From NCBI GenBank assembly GCA_937897575.1, contig CALCQG010000058.1, forward strand, positions 1-44,496: DNA of 44,496 bases, in the 5' to 3' direction. Under the pieces are notes generated by a model that saw nothing but the letters and a program-made list of their open reading frames with translations, was not told the origin of the DNA and searched no databases. The stretch comes from an uncultured Synergistales bacterium. Its GTDB lineage: Bacteria; Synergistota; Synergistia; Synergistales; Aminobacteriaceae. The stretch's first letter is position 1, and every line of letters starts with the position of its first letter. Made by a program: the position numbers and the translations under genes. Below, piece after piece: positions 8,599-17,477 of the stretch.

Positions 8599-9687
8599 AT
8601 GAAAAAAGGATTCTGCCTGTTTCTTGCACTCCTGTTGACCGTCTTCGCTCTTACTCCGGCCTTTGCCGAGGTGAAGTACAAGGACGAGTACAAGCTGAGC
8701 TGCAACGTGAACGAGCTGACCCCCCAAGGCAAGGCATTGGCCCGTTTTGTTCAGGTTGTGCGGGATCGTACGGACGGCAAGGTGAACATCAAGGTCTACT
8801 GGAACGGACAGCTCATGTCTGGCAAGGCCACGAACGAGCTTCTTCTCATGAGGAAGAACGTGGGGGACTTCTCGTACTCCTCCTTCATCAACTGGGCTCC
8901 TCAGTACACGCCGGGGAACCTCTTCCTTCTGCCGTGGTTCATCTCCGACAAGCCCGACATGTATAAGGCGATCGACGCGATTGAAGCCGGCAAGGCTGGG
9001 AAGATGATCGAGTCGGACATCGCCAAGATGGGGCTTCGAGTTCTGAGCTGGGGAGAAGCCGGCGCGAGGGAGCTTTCCAATAGCATCCGGCCGATCAGGA
9101 CTCCGGAGGATATGAAGGACATCAAGTTCCGCGTGGTAGGCAGCCCGATATTCCTCGATATTTTCAAGGAGCTCGGCGCGAATCCAATGAGCATCAGCTG
9201 GGCGGAGGCGATCACGGCCCTGCAGCAGAAGACGGTGGACGGGCAGGAGAATCCCTACTCCGTGTACCTGCCGAACAAGATTCATGAGTTCCAGAAATAT
9301 CTGACGGAGTGGGCGTATACCATGGACCCCATGATCCTCGTCGTTCATGAAGAGATATGGAAATCCTTCCCCGAGGATGTGCAGAAGGTCATATCGGAGG
9401 CGGCTCAGGAGTGCGGTCAGTACAATAAAGCTTTGGCCCGCCTTGCGCTGGACAATGGCGATGCTGAGAAATGGCTGAAAGAGCACGATCTGTTCCCGAC
9501 GTTGCCCCAGGACGTTAACCCGCGCAAATTTGTTCAGGATTACGGCGTGGAGGTCACGGTCCTGACTCAGGAGGAGCGGTCCGCTTTCCGTGCGAAGATG
9601 GGCCCCGTGTATGAAAAGTGGGTCGACAAAATTGGCAAGGAGCTTGTCGAGGCCGCTGAAGAGGATATGAAGAACGCTCAGTACTGA
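8599..9687 (+). CDS. dctP: TRAP transporter substrate-binding protein
   Basis: Signal peptide; RTDGKVNIKVY, PIRTPEDMKDIKFRV, ALQQKTVDGQENP. Confidence 0.93.
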   Translation: MKKGFCLFLALLLTVFALTPAFAEVKYKDEYKLSCNVNELTPQGKALARFVQVVRDRTDGKVNIKVYWNGQLMSGKATNELLLMRKNVGDFSYSSFINWAPQYTPGNLFLLPWFISDKPDMYKAIDAIEAGKAGKMIESDIAKMGLRVLSWGEAGARELSNSIRPIRTPEDMKDIKFRVVGSPIFLDIFKELGANPMSISWAEAITALQQKTVDGQENPYSVYLPNKIHEFQKYLTEWAYTMDPMILVVHEEIWKSFPEDVQKVISEAAQECGQYNKALARLALDNGDAEKWLKEHDLFPTLPQDVNPRKFVQDYGVEVTVLTQEERSAFRAKMGPVYEKWVDKIGKELVEAAEEDMKNAQY

Positions 9688-9701
9688 TTGATATAGAGGT
9701 G

Positions 9702-9742
9702 CGAAGGCGGAGGGCGTCATGTCTCTTCCGCCTTCGGTTTTT
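9702..9742 (+). terminator. Intra-operon hairpin/attenuating terminator after dctP-1
   Basis: CGAAGGCGGA...TCCGCCTTCG followed by GTTTTT. Confidence 0.6.
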
Positions 9743-9764
9743 AGGGTAAAGGAGGCAGCCTGAA

Positions 9765-10244
9765 GTGAAATTTCTGGACCGGATCGAGGAGATCATAGGA
9801 GGCGTAAGCCTCGGAGTTATGGTGACCATCGCGTTCGTCAACGTGCTGACGAGATATCTGTTCAAGTACTCCATGGCATTTACTGAGGAACTGACCCTCT
9901 ACCTCTTTGTATGGGCCACCTTGATGGGAGCGAGCATAGCTTTCAGGGAGGGGTCGAACATCGCCGTCTCCTTCCTCTACGACCGTTTTGGCCTTAAGGG
10001 GCGCCGAATGCTGGATGTTCTGTCGGCGGTTCTCTCCGTCGTCTTTTTTACCACGCTGGCATATTACGGCGTCATCGAGGTCATGGACGAGATCGCCATG
10101 GGTGCGATGACTGAGGCCATTGAACTTCCCATGTGGTGGTTCACCATCGCCATGCCGATCTGTTCCTTGCTGATCATCCTTCGGGTTCTTGCCCGGTTGC
10201 GGATTGCCTTTCGGACCGAAACCACTGCGGAAGGAGGAGAGTAG
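9765..10244 (+). CDS. dctQ: TRAP transporter small permease
   Basis: 4 TM segments; NVLTRY, FTEELTLYLFVW..LMGAS. Confidence 0.92.
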   Translation: MKFLDRIEEIIGGVSLGVMVTIAFVNVLTRYLFKYSMAFTEELTLYLFVWATLMGASIAFREGSNIAVSFLYDRFGLKGRRMLDVLSAVLSVVFFTTLAYYGVIEVMDEIAMGAMTEAIELPMWWFTIAMPICSLLIILRVLARLRIAFRTETTAEGGE

Positions 10245-10247
10245 CAC

Positions 10248-11549
10248 ATGCCCGCTCTTTTTCAGGACGCCGCCTTCTGGGCTATGGCCCTCTTCCTCAT
10301 CCCACTCCTTCTTAGAGTTCCCATCGCCGTCTCGCTCGGTTTTGCCACCATCGCCGTGACGTTCGTGTGGGATCTCGGCCTCGACATGTTGAGCTACAAT
10401 TTCTTCGCGAATATCGTGAAGTACCCGCTGCTTGCCGTGCCGTTCTTCATCCTTGCGGGGAACATCATGGACAAGGCCAGCATCGCGGACAAGATCATCG
10501 TTTTCATCAACGAGCTTGTTGGCGACCTCACAGGCGGACTGGCCGTCGCCGCCATAGGCGTGGCTTTGTTCTGGGGGGCGGTCAGCGGCTCTACGTCCGC
10601 AACGGTGGCGGCCATAGGAATCATCCTCATCCCCGGCATGGTGAAGGCCGGATACGACAAAGCCTTCGCCACGGCCGTTGTCTGTTCGGCTTCCGGACTC
10701 GCCATCATTATCCCTCCGAGCATCACGTTCATTCTCTATGCCGTGGTCACCGGAGTGTCGGTGGGAGCAATCTTCGCAGCGGGGTTCATCCCTGGAATCA
10801 TCATCGGCCTGTTTATGATGATCAGCGCCTATCTGACGAGCAGAAAGCGAGGATACCGGGGAGAACCGAGGACGAACGGGCTGAAGGGAATCCTTATCGC
10901 CGCGAAGGACGCCTTCTGGGCATTGATGACCCCCGTGGTCATCCTCGGCGGGATCTACGGAGGGGTCTTTACCCCTACGGAAGCCGCGGCGGTCGCCTGT
11001 TTTTATGGTCTTATCGTCGGAACGGTCATCTATCACAAGATCGGGTGGAAGGATGTCTGGGATATCCTTGTCGAGACGCTGAACGCGAGCGCCGCAGTTA
11101 TGATAGTCAGCGCGACCGCCGGGCTCTACTCCTGGATCGGCTCCACCGTCGGGTTGATCGAGAAGGTGTCCGCGCTTTTGCTTGGAATCTCATCCAACGA
11201 GATCATCATCCTTCTCATGATCTACGTTATCCTTTTCATCGCCGGCATGCTGCTCGACGGGGTATCCATCGTCTATGTCTTCGTTCCGCTGCTGATCCCC
11301 CTGATCAAGCAGTTCAACTGGGATCCGGTATGGTTCGGCGTGATGTTCACCATAATGGTCTCCGTTGGGACCATAACGCCTCCTGTCGCCATGAATCTCT
11401 ACGTGGGCTGCAGAATAAGCGGTCTGACGATGGAGGATCTCACCCCACCGGTCATCCCCCTTCTTGTGGCCACGCTGCTGGCTCTTGCTTTCCTCACGGC
11501 GTTCCCATGGTTCACCACGGTTCTTCCCCGTACTCTGGGGCTCATGTGA
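10248..11549 (+). CDS. dctM: TRAP transporter large permease
   Basis: LLAVPFFILAG, VSGSTSA, IIIPPSI, GVFTPTEAA, ITPPVAMNL. Confidence 0.94.
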   Translation: MPALFQDAAFWAMALFLIPLLLRVPIAVSLGFATIAVTFVWDLGLDMLSYNFFANIVKYPLLAVPFFILAGNIMDKASIADKIIVFINELVGDLTGGLAVAAIGVALFWGAVSGSTSATVAAIGIILIPGMVKAGYDKAFATAVVCSASGLAIIIPPSITFILYAVVTGVSVGAIFAAGFIPGIIIGLFMMISAYLTSRKRGYRGEPRTNGLKGILIAAKDAFWALMTPVVILGGIYGGVFTPTEAAAVACFYGLIVGTVIYHKIGWKDVWDILVETLNASAAVMIVSATAGLYSWIGSTVGLIEKVSALLLGISSNEIIILLMIYVILFIAGMLLDGVSIVYVFVPLLIPLIKQFNWDPVWFGVMFTIMVSVGTITPPVAMNLYVGCRISGLTMEDLTPPVIPLLVATLLALAFLTAFPWFTTVLPRTLGLM

Positions 11550-11577
11550 TAAAAATTTCTAGGAGGTGCAGTGTTTT

Positions 11578-12327
11578 ATGAAGATGCTCGAGATGAACTT
11601 CGCGGACTTCAAGAAAGAGTTCAAAGATCCCAAAACGGTCATCATCCCGGCAGGGGCCTGCGAGTCCTGGGGGCCTCACCTTCCCCTCGGCGCGGACACC
11701 ATAATGGCCGAGGAGATAGCCAATCGCCTGGCGAAGCGCATGGGGTGGATCGTAGGTCCCACGCTCACAGTGGGCGACTCGGCGGGTGTGTGGGGTCCCG
11801 GAACGATCAAGACGCGCCCTGAGAGCTTCAAGATGTATCTCGAGGACATATGCGAGAGTTTGATTGAACATGGCGCGCGGCGTTTCTGCTTCGTAAGCCC
11901 TCATGTCTCCAATATGTCTATCATCTCGCAGGTGGCCTGGAAACTGAAGCTCGAAAAAGACGTGGACTGCTGCATATTCGACTGGTGGCGCATCGTTCAG
12001 CCGGTGGCAAGAGAGAAAAAGATCCTTGACAACGACGGTTTGATGGCCCACGGTCATGCGGCCGAGGCGGGGACATCCTGTTTCCTGTACGTGCGCCCCG
12101 ACCTGGTCAAAATGGACAGGCTGCAGAAAATCGAATCCCCCATACCGAACAACTATCCCGAGTTCCAGCAGTTCATCCCCTTCGCGTGTTACGGGGACGA
12201 ATACATGCTCGGCGACGCCACCGGCGCTTCAAGAGAGAAGGGCGAGAAGCTGGTGGAAGCGACACTGGACCGCATGGTGGAGTTTTTGAAGCAGTGGAAT
12301 CCTCCTGCGAACAGAGCGATTTACTAA
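11578..12327 (+). CDS. Creatininase family amidohydrolase (variant metal site)
   Basis: IIPAGACESWGPHLPLGAD, PGTI, SPHVSN, GHAAEAGTS, GDATGASREKG; AGGAGG RBS. Confidence 0.85.
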   Translation: MKMLEMNFADFKKEFKDPKTVIIPAGACESWGPHLPLGADTIMAEEIANRLAKRMGWIVGPTLTVGDSAGVWGPGTIKTRPESFKMYLEDICESLIEHGARRFCFVSPHVSNMSIISQVAWKLKLEKDVDCCIFDWWRIVQPVAREKKILDNDGLMAHGHAAEAGTSCFLYVRPDLVKMDRLQKIESPIPNNYPEFQQFIPFACYGDEYMLGDATGASREKGEKLVEATLDRMVEFLKQWNPPANRAIY

Positions 12328-12353
12328 TATTCCAAACAAGGAGGAAGAGATTG

Positions 12354-13025
12354 ATGATTATCAACAAGAACGTTATGACGCTCTCCAATGAGGAGCTTGC
12401 GGTATGCAGAGAAGCTGAACCGGCGACTATAGGACATTTCCACAACTTCGGTTTTTCCACGGTCCCTTTTTTCACGTCGATCCCTGGTAAAAGAGTCGCA
12501 GGCCGGGCTATTACTGTGAAAATAGCGTCTCTCGACTCCACGGTTCTCCATAAAGTCACCGAAATGGTGGGGCCCGGCGACATTCTCATGATCGACCGCG
12601 CCGGTGATCAGCAGTATGCCGCTTTGGGGGGGCTCGTCTCCTATGCCCTGAAAGTTCGCAAGGTCGAGGCGGTCATTATCGACGGTGCCGCTACTGACAT
12701 CGACGAGATCAGAGAGATGGGGCTCCTCGTCTTCTACCGCCGTCTCTCCGCCATCACGACCAGGCTTGCTGGCACGGATGGGGAGATCAACACGACGATC
12801 AGCTGCGGAGGAGTCGTGGTGAACCCTGGCGATATCGTTCTCGCCGACGAGAACGGATTCGTCGTCATGGCTCCCAAGGAGGCGAAGGGCCTCTGCATGG
12901 AGGCGGTGGAGAAACATCAGAAGGGGGAACCGGCCATTCGCGCCAAGCTCGATGCCGGGGCTTGTATGGCGGATCTGACCCTTGCAAACAAAAAGATTGC
13001 CCAGGTCATGGAGGGGAATAAATAA
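12354..13025 (+). CDS. RraA family protein (HMG-aldolase-like fold)
   Basis: ATIGH, AGRAITV, GPGDILMID, GGLVS, IDGAATD, CGGVVVNPGDIVLADENG. Confidence 0.87.
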   Translation: MIINKNVMTLSNEELAVCREAEPATIGHFHNFGFSTVPFFTSIPGKRVAGRAITVKIASLDSTVLHKVTEMVGPGDILMIDRAGDQQYAALGGLVSYALKVRKVEAVIIDGAATDIDEIREMGLLVFYRRLSAITTRLAGTDGEINTTISCGGVVVNPGDIVLADENGFVVMAPKEAKGLCMEAVEKHQKGEPAIRAKLDAGACMADLTLANKKIAQVMEGNK

Positions 13026-13140
13026 CGTTTTCCCGAATATGCGCCGGAAACAGCCCGTCATCTCGAGCGTTTTTCCGGATCTCTGGATCCCGTACCATGC
13101 GAACTGCATGACGATGCACATAATGAAGGGGGTACCCGAA

Positions 13141-13965
13141 ATGACCAAAAAGATAAAAGTGGCCGTCGTTCAGAGAAGCGGAGCAGGCAGTGCGAAGGAT
13201 AACCTGAGTGCCATGGCGTCTTTGGTTGAAAGCTGCGTCAAGGATTGCCGGGACCTCGACGTCGTGGTTTTCCCAGAGTACTGCTACTATGCCCCGACGA
13301 CCATGGATGAGTCCCAGAAAGTCGCCGAGGAGATCCCGGGTTTCTTCACCGATTCGATGGCGGCTCTTGCCAAGAAGCATCACGTCAATATCATTCCCGG
13401 CACCTTCATCGAAAAGGCGGCAAGCGGCAAGGTCCATAACACCAGCGTCTTCATCGACAGAAAGGGAGAAATTCTGGCGACGTACCGCAAGGTGCACCTC
13501 ATGGACGCCATAGGCTACAAGGAATCGGACTATGTGGAACGGGGCAACGCTTTGTGCGTGTTCGACTCCGACGTAGGCCGGGTGGGCATGATGGTCTGCT
13601 ACGATCTGCGTTTTCCGGAGATGGCCCGAAGCATGGTTCTGCAGGGGGCCGATGTCCTGTTTGTTCCGGCTGAGTTCCCCTCCGGCAATCCGCTGCCGCC
13701 CAGGACGGACCACTGGGATATTCTCGTGCGGAGCACGGCACTCTATAACCTCACCTATGTTGTGGCAGCGAACCAGTTCGGGGCCCTGCACAAGGATAAC
13801 CCCTTCGGACGATCCTGTGTCGTCGATCCTTGGGGGACGACCGTCGCAGCGGCAAGCGGAAGACAGGATATCGTCTACGCGACGCTCGATATGGAGTATC
13901 AGCGGGAAATTCGAGACAAAGTGGCCACATGGGTGAACAGAAGGCCGGAAGTGTATGCGTTATAA
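13141..13965 (+). CDS. Carbon-nitrogen hydrolase (nitrilase superfamily), second paralogue
   Basis: Triad in FPEY, YRKVHL and VCYDLRFPE; GRSCVVDPWG, RRPEVY. Confidence 0.92.
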   Translation: MTKKIKVAVVQRSGAGSAKDNLSAMASLVESCVKDCRDLDVVVFPEYCYYAPTTMDESQKVAEEIPGFFTDSMAALAKKHHVNIIPGTFIEKAASGKVHNTSVFIDRKGEILATYRKVHLMDAIGYKESDYVERGNALCVFDSDVGRVGMMVCYDLRFPEMARSMVLQGADVLFVPAEFPSGNPLPPRTDHWDILVRSTALYNLTYVVAANQFGALHKDNPFGRSCVVDPWGTTVAAASGRQDIVYATLDMEYQREIRDKVATWVNRRPEVYAL

Positions 13966-14017
13966 CGCGGTTTTGCAATAAGGGACGAACGATTTGGAAC
14001 TCGAAAAGGAGGATATC

Positions 14018-15046
14018 ATGAAGAAATTTGGGATATTCGCATGTCTCACGGCACTGTTTCTTTTCATAGGGGCAGGTCTGGGAAACACATCGACCGCGTA
14101 TGCCGCGTCGGATGAATATGACAAGATAACGCTCAAACTCAGCACTTCCGGAACGGACTTGGGCGTCGACTCCCTTGCTGCGAAGAAGTTCGGGGAACTT
14201 CTTGAAGAGGCAAGCGGCGGACGAGTCAAGGTCCGAGTTTTCCCGAACGCGCAGCTTGCCGGGGGGAGCATGCCGAAGAATATTTCCCTGCTCGCCCAGG
14301 GAGGCCCCTTCGAGATGGCGGTTCTCTCCGCAACAGTGCTGGGCAATCTCGATGAGAAGTTTCTTACCGTTGGGGTCCCCTTCACGTTCGCAAACTATGC
14401 GGAGGTGAATGAGCGCATCGATGGTACCGGCGGCAAGTGGCTGAAGGAAATGCTCGATCCTAAGGGAATCGTCTACCTGAGCGGTATGCACAACGGATTG
14501 AAGCAGATCACGAACGGAAAACGGGAGATCAAAACCCCCGATGATCTGAAGGGGCTCAAGATTCGAATCCCGGGCGGAGAAGTCGGCATCAGGACGTTCA
14601 AGGAATTTGGCGCAGACCCCGTCGCAATGAGCTGGAGCGAGGTGTTCACCGCGCTGCAGCAGGGGACCGTCGATGGGCAGGAGAACAGTTATCAGACCAT
14701 CGACTCCGGGAAGGTCTTCGAGGTGCAGAAGTATCTGACGCAGTGGAACTACAGCTACGACGGCTATTTCTTCCTCATCAACAAAAAGGACTGGGGAAAG
14801 CTGAGCGAGCCCACCCAGAAGCTGATCGAAGAGAAAGCGATCGAAGCGGCTCTCTGGGGAAGAAAGTATCTTGAGGACGGAGAGCTCGCGATCAAGAAGA
14901 AGTTCCAGGACAGCGGAATGACGATCACGGAACTGAGCAAGGAGGAGCTGCAGGTATTTATCGATAAAGTGAAGCCTGTTCAGGAGTACTTTATCGATAA
15001 GTTCGGAGCTGATGCCTGCGCAGCCTGGGGGCTTGAGAAGCAATAA
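14018..15046 (+). CDS. dctP: TRAP transporter substrate-binding protein
   Basis: Signal peptide; SGGRVKVRVFPNAQL, DLKGLKIRIP, ALQQGTVDGQEN; AGGAGG RBS. Confidence 0.93.
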   Translation: MKKFGIFACLTALFLFIGAGLGNTSTAYAASDEYDKITLKLSTSGTDLGVDSLAAKKFGELLEEASGGRVKVRVFPNAQLAGGSMPKNISLLAQGGPFEMAVLSATVLGNLDEKFLTVGVPFTFANYAEVNERIDGTGGKWLKEMLDPKGIVYLSGMHNGLKQITNGKREIKTPDDLKGLKIRIPGGEVGIRTFKEFGADPVAMSWSEVFTALQQGTVDGQENSYQTIDSGKVFEVQKYLTQWNYSYDGYFFLINKKDWGKLSEPTQKLIEEKAIEAALWGRKYLEDGELAIKKKFQDSGMTITELSKEELQVFIDKVKPVQEYFIDKFGADACAAWGLEKQ

Positions 15047-15080
15047 CGGCACAGTTCTCTGTCGGAGCGTTTCGGGAAAG

Positions 15081-15128
15081 CGTTCTCCTGGCAGGTGGTT
15101 CTATACCTGCCAGGAGAACGGTCCTTTT
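15081..15128 (+). terminator. Intra-operon hairpin after dctP-2
   Basis: Perfect 16-bp stem CGTTCTCCTGGCAGGT / ACCTGCCAGGAGAACG with an 8-nt loop, then GTCCTTTT. Confidence 0.65.
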
Positions 15129-15175
15129 GATCCTCAATCTCTTGATTTGATGCCATTGAAGGGGAACGATGCGAT

Positions 15176-15670
15176 ATGAGAAAAATTTTTGCCAATCTGG
15201 ATGAGAAAGTATCAGCAGCGGTCTTGCTGTTCATGTTGGCGCTCGCATTCGTCAACGTGGTGGCGAGATATGTTTTCAAGGCTTCTTTGTCCTATACGGA
15301 GGAAATCACGACCATGCTGTTGGTGTTCATCAGCACAGTCGGGGCCGGCATTGCAGCGAAGCGACGATCACATCTCGGCCTGAGCGCCCTCACAGACCTC
15401 CTTCCGGGGAAATACCAGAAATTCGTGGGGTTTTATGCAAACTTTCTCGGTGTCGTCGTGAGCTTTATCCTGTTCTATACGGGAATTACCATGACCGTCA
15501 ACGAGTACAAGCTGGGACAGATTTCCATCGGGCTGCAAGTCCCTACTTGGATATACTCGATGTTCGTGCCATTGGGGGCCGCTGCGATGACCTATCATTT
15601 CGCGAGAACGGCATTTTCGTCCCTGCGCGGAGGAAATGAGAGTGCGGAAAACGCTCCCCCCGTCAGCTGA
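15176..15670 (+). CDS. dctQ: TRAP transporter small permease
   Basis: NVVARYVF, YTEEI, GAGIAAKRRSHL; 4 TM segments. Confidence 0.92.
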   Translation: MRKIFANLDEKVSAAVLLFMLALAFVNVVARYVFKASLSYTEEITTMLLVFISTVGAGIAAKRRSHLGLSALTDLLPGKYQKFVGFYANFLGVVVSFILFYTGITMTVNEYKLGQISIGLQVPTWIYSMFVPLGAAAMTYHFARTAFSSLRGGNESAENAPPVS

Positions 15671-15779
15671 CACAGGCCTTCGTACTGCATAGTGCAGTCC
15701 GCGTAGCGGAGCCGAGCATACTTGGTCCGAGCGGAAAATCGTAAGATACGCGGCACTATCCTAGGAGGAGTGAATTATT

Positions 15780-17057
15780 TTGGTTGCCGTCATACTCTTT
15801 GCATCATTCGCGATCCTGGTTCTGCTCAATGTCCCCATAGGAGTCTCGCTTGCTGGGGCGGGGTTGCTCGCCTTAACCCAGATGGGGATGGGCTTCGATA
15901 TATTCCCGAACATATTTTTCGCTGCTACGAGCCCGTTCGTGCTCCTCGCCATCCCGTTCTTCATTTTAGGCGGGAACATAATGGAGAAGGCTGGGATATC
16001 CGAGAAACTCATCGCTTTTGCGCAGTCCTTCGTCGGCCACATACGAGGCGGCCTTGCCATAGTGTGCGTTGCCGTCGCCTGTTTCTTCGCAGCGATCTCA
16101 GGGTCCGGCCCCGCGACGGTGGCCGCTCTCGGAGGAATCATCATCCCCGCGATGACAAAGGTGGGGTACCAGACGTCAACGGCTGCAGCGCTCATGGCGA
16201 CGGCTGGAGGCATCGGCGTCATCATCCCCCCGTCCATATCCTTTGTCATCTACGGCTCCGTGACTGGTGTTTCGATAGGAAAACTATTCATGGCGGGCAT
16301 CATCCCAGGCTTGATGATGGGTTTCGCTCTGGTTGTGGCGACATTTTACGTGACCAGGAACACCCATCTCGATAAACTGCCGAAAGCGACGTCAAAAGAG
16401 CGCTGGTCCGCCTTCAAGAATGCCTTCTGGGGCTTGATGATGCCAGTCATCATCCTTGGCGGGATTTACGGAGGGATCTTTACGCCCACCGAAGCCGCGG
16501 CGGTATCGGCCGCGTATGGGCTGTTCGTGGGCTTCTTCATCTATAAGTCCATGAACTTGGCCCAGTGTAAGGAGATTCTCATTACATCGGTGAATCAGAC
16601 GGCCGTGGTCATGTTCATCGTCGGGATGGCGAACTTCTTCGCGTGGGTGATCACCATTGAAGGTATCGCCGCCGCAATAGGAGATATGCTGCTCAATTTT
16701 GCTGGAGGCAACGTCGTGATCTTCCTTTTGATCGTCAACGTCATCCTGTTGATAGCGGGATGCGTTATCGATGGAACCTCCGCCTTGTACATTCTGTCCC
16801 CCATAATTCTTCCCGTTGCGAACCAGCTCGGTTACGATCCTCTGGTCCTCGGCGTCGTCATGGTCATGAACCTCGCCATCGGGATGGTGACGCCCCCTGT
16901 CGGGGTCAACGTCTATGTTGCCTGCGGCATAACCGGACTACCGTTCAAGGACGTTGTGAAAAAGGTGTGGCCCTTTGTGTTCGCCTCACTCGTTGTTCTC
17001 ATGATGGTGACGTATATTCCGATCATCTCTCAATTTTTGCCAAGCCTTATGGAGTAG
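15780..17057 (+). CDS. dctM: TRAP transporter large permease
   Basis: LLAIPFFILGG, AISGSGPATVAA, IIPPSI, GIFTPTEAA, TPPVGVN; TTG start after AGGAGGAG. Confidence 0.94.
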   Translation: MVAVILFASFAILVLLNVPIGVSLAGAGLLALTQMGMGFDIFPNIFFAATSPFVLLAIPFFILGGNIMEKAGISEKLIAFAQSFVGHIRGGLAIVCVAVACFFAAISGSGPATVAALGGIIIPAMTKVGYQTSTAAALMATAGGIGVIIPPSISFVIYGSVTGVSIGKLFMAGIIPGLMMGFALVVATFYVTRNTHLDKLPKATSKERWSAFKNAFWGLMMPVIILGGIYGGIFTPTEAAAVSAAYGLFVGFFIYKSMNLAQCKEILITSVNQTAVVMFIVGMANFFAWVITIEGIAAAIGDMLLNFAGGNVVIFLLIVNVILLIAGCVIDGTSALYILSPIILPVANQLGYDPLVLGVVMVMNLAIGMVTPPVGVNVYVACGITGLPFKDVVKKVWPFVFASLVVLMMVTYIPIISQFLPSLME

Positions 17058-17097
17058 GAGAGACCGGGGGAGTCTTCGCCTGAAGCGTTGTGGGAAA

Positions 17098-17113
17098 TGT
17101 TCCACGTGGAACG
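17098..17113. promoter_or_regulatory. parS-like site
   Basis: TGTTCCACGTGGAACG; perfect 14-bp palindromic core GTTCCACGTGGAAC; intergenic. Confidence 0.65.
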
Positions 17114-17129
17114 GCATATTTTCTTTACG

Positions 17130-17171
17130 CCCTTTCGCATTCTGTATGTAGGAACACTTGCGAAAGGGTTT
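17130..17171 (+). terminator. Probable terminator hairpin closing module 1
   Basis: CCCTTTCGCA (17130-17139) pairs with TGCGAAAGGG (17159-17168), then TTT; the loop is long. Confidence 0.45.
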
Positions 17172-17247
17172 GCCGTTTTCTGAGAAACGATATTCCATGA
17201 CAGGAATCCCACGATGCACCGACGTGATGCAAAGGGGTGAGAGCCCA

Positions 17248-17297
17248 TTGACGCTCCAGTCAGTTTGTGATATTTTAGTTCTGAAAGAAATTTTCCA
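17248..17297 (+). promoter_or_regulatory. Sigma70 promoter of module 2 with candidate RpiR operator
   Basis: TTGACG (17248-17253), 17 nt, TGn-TATTTT (17271-17276); GAAA-N5-TTTC dyad at 17283-17295. Confidence 0.55.
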
Positions 17298-17477
17298 TTT
17301 AGTAAAAATTGACGGCTGATATTTCATAAACTGTCCTTTTTTTCATTCTCACAACAATACTGTCCGATTGTAAAGTCAAATGGCGCAAAAGAGTATTTCT
17401 GGCGATTGAAAATCCTTAAAACGGCCTTTTTCACAAGTGATAGTCATACCCTGGGGCCTGATGAGGTGAGTGAACAA

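Noticed and set aside
17115..17180. Minus-strand GGCAAACC...GGGCGTAAAG resembling a c-di-GMP-I riboswitch
   Set aside because: No GNRA tetraloop or receptor stem and no downstream gene on that strand; a terminator-like hairpin explains it better.
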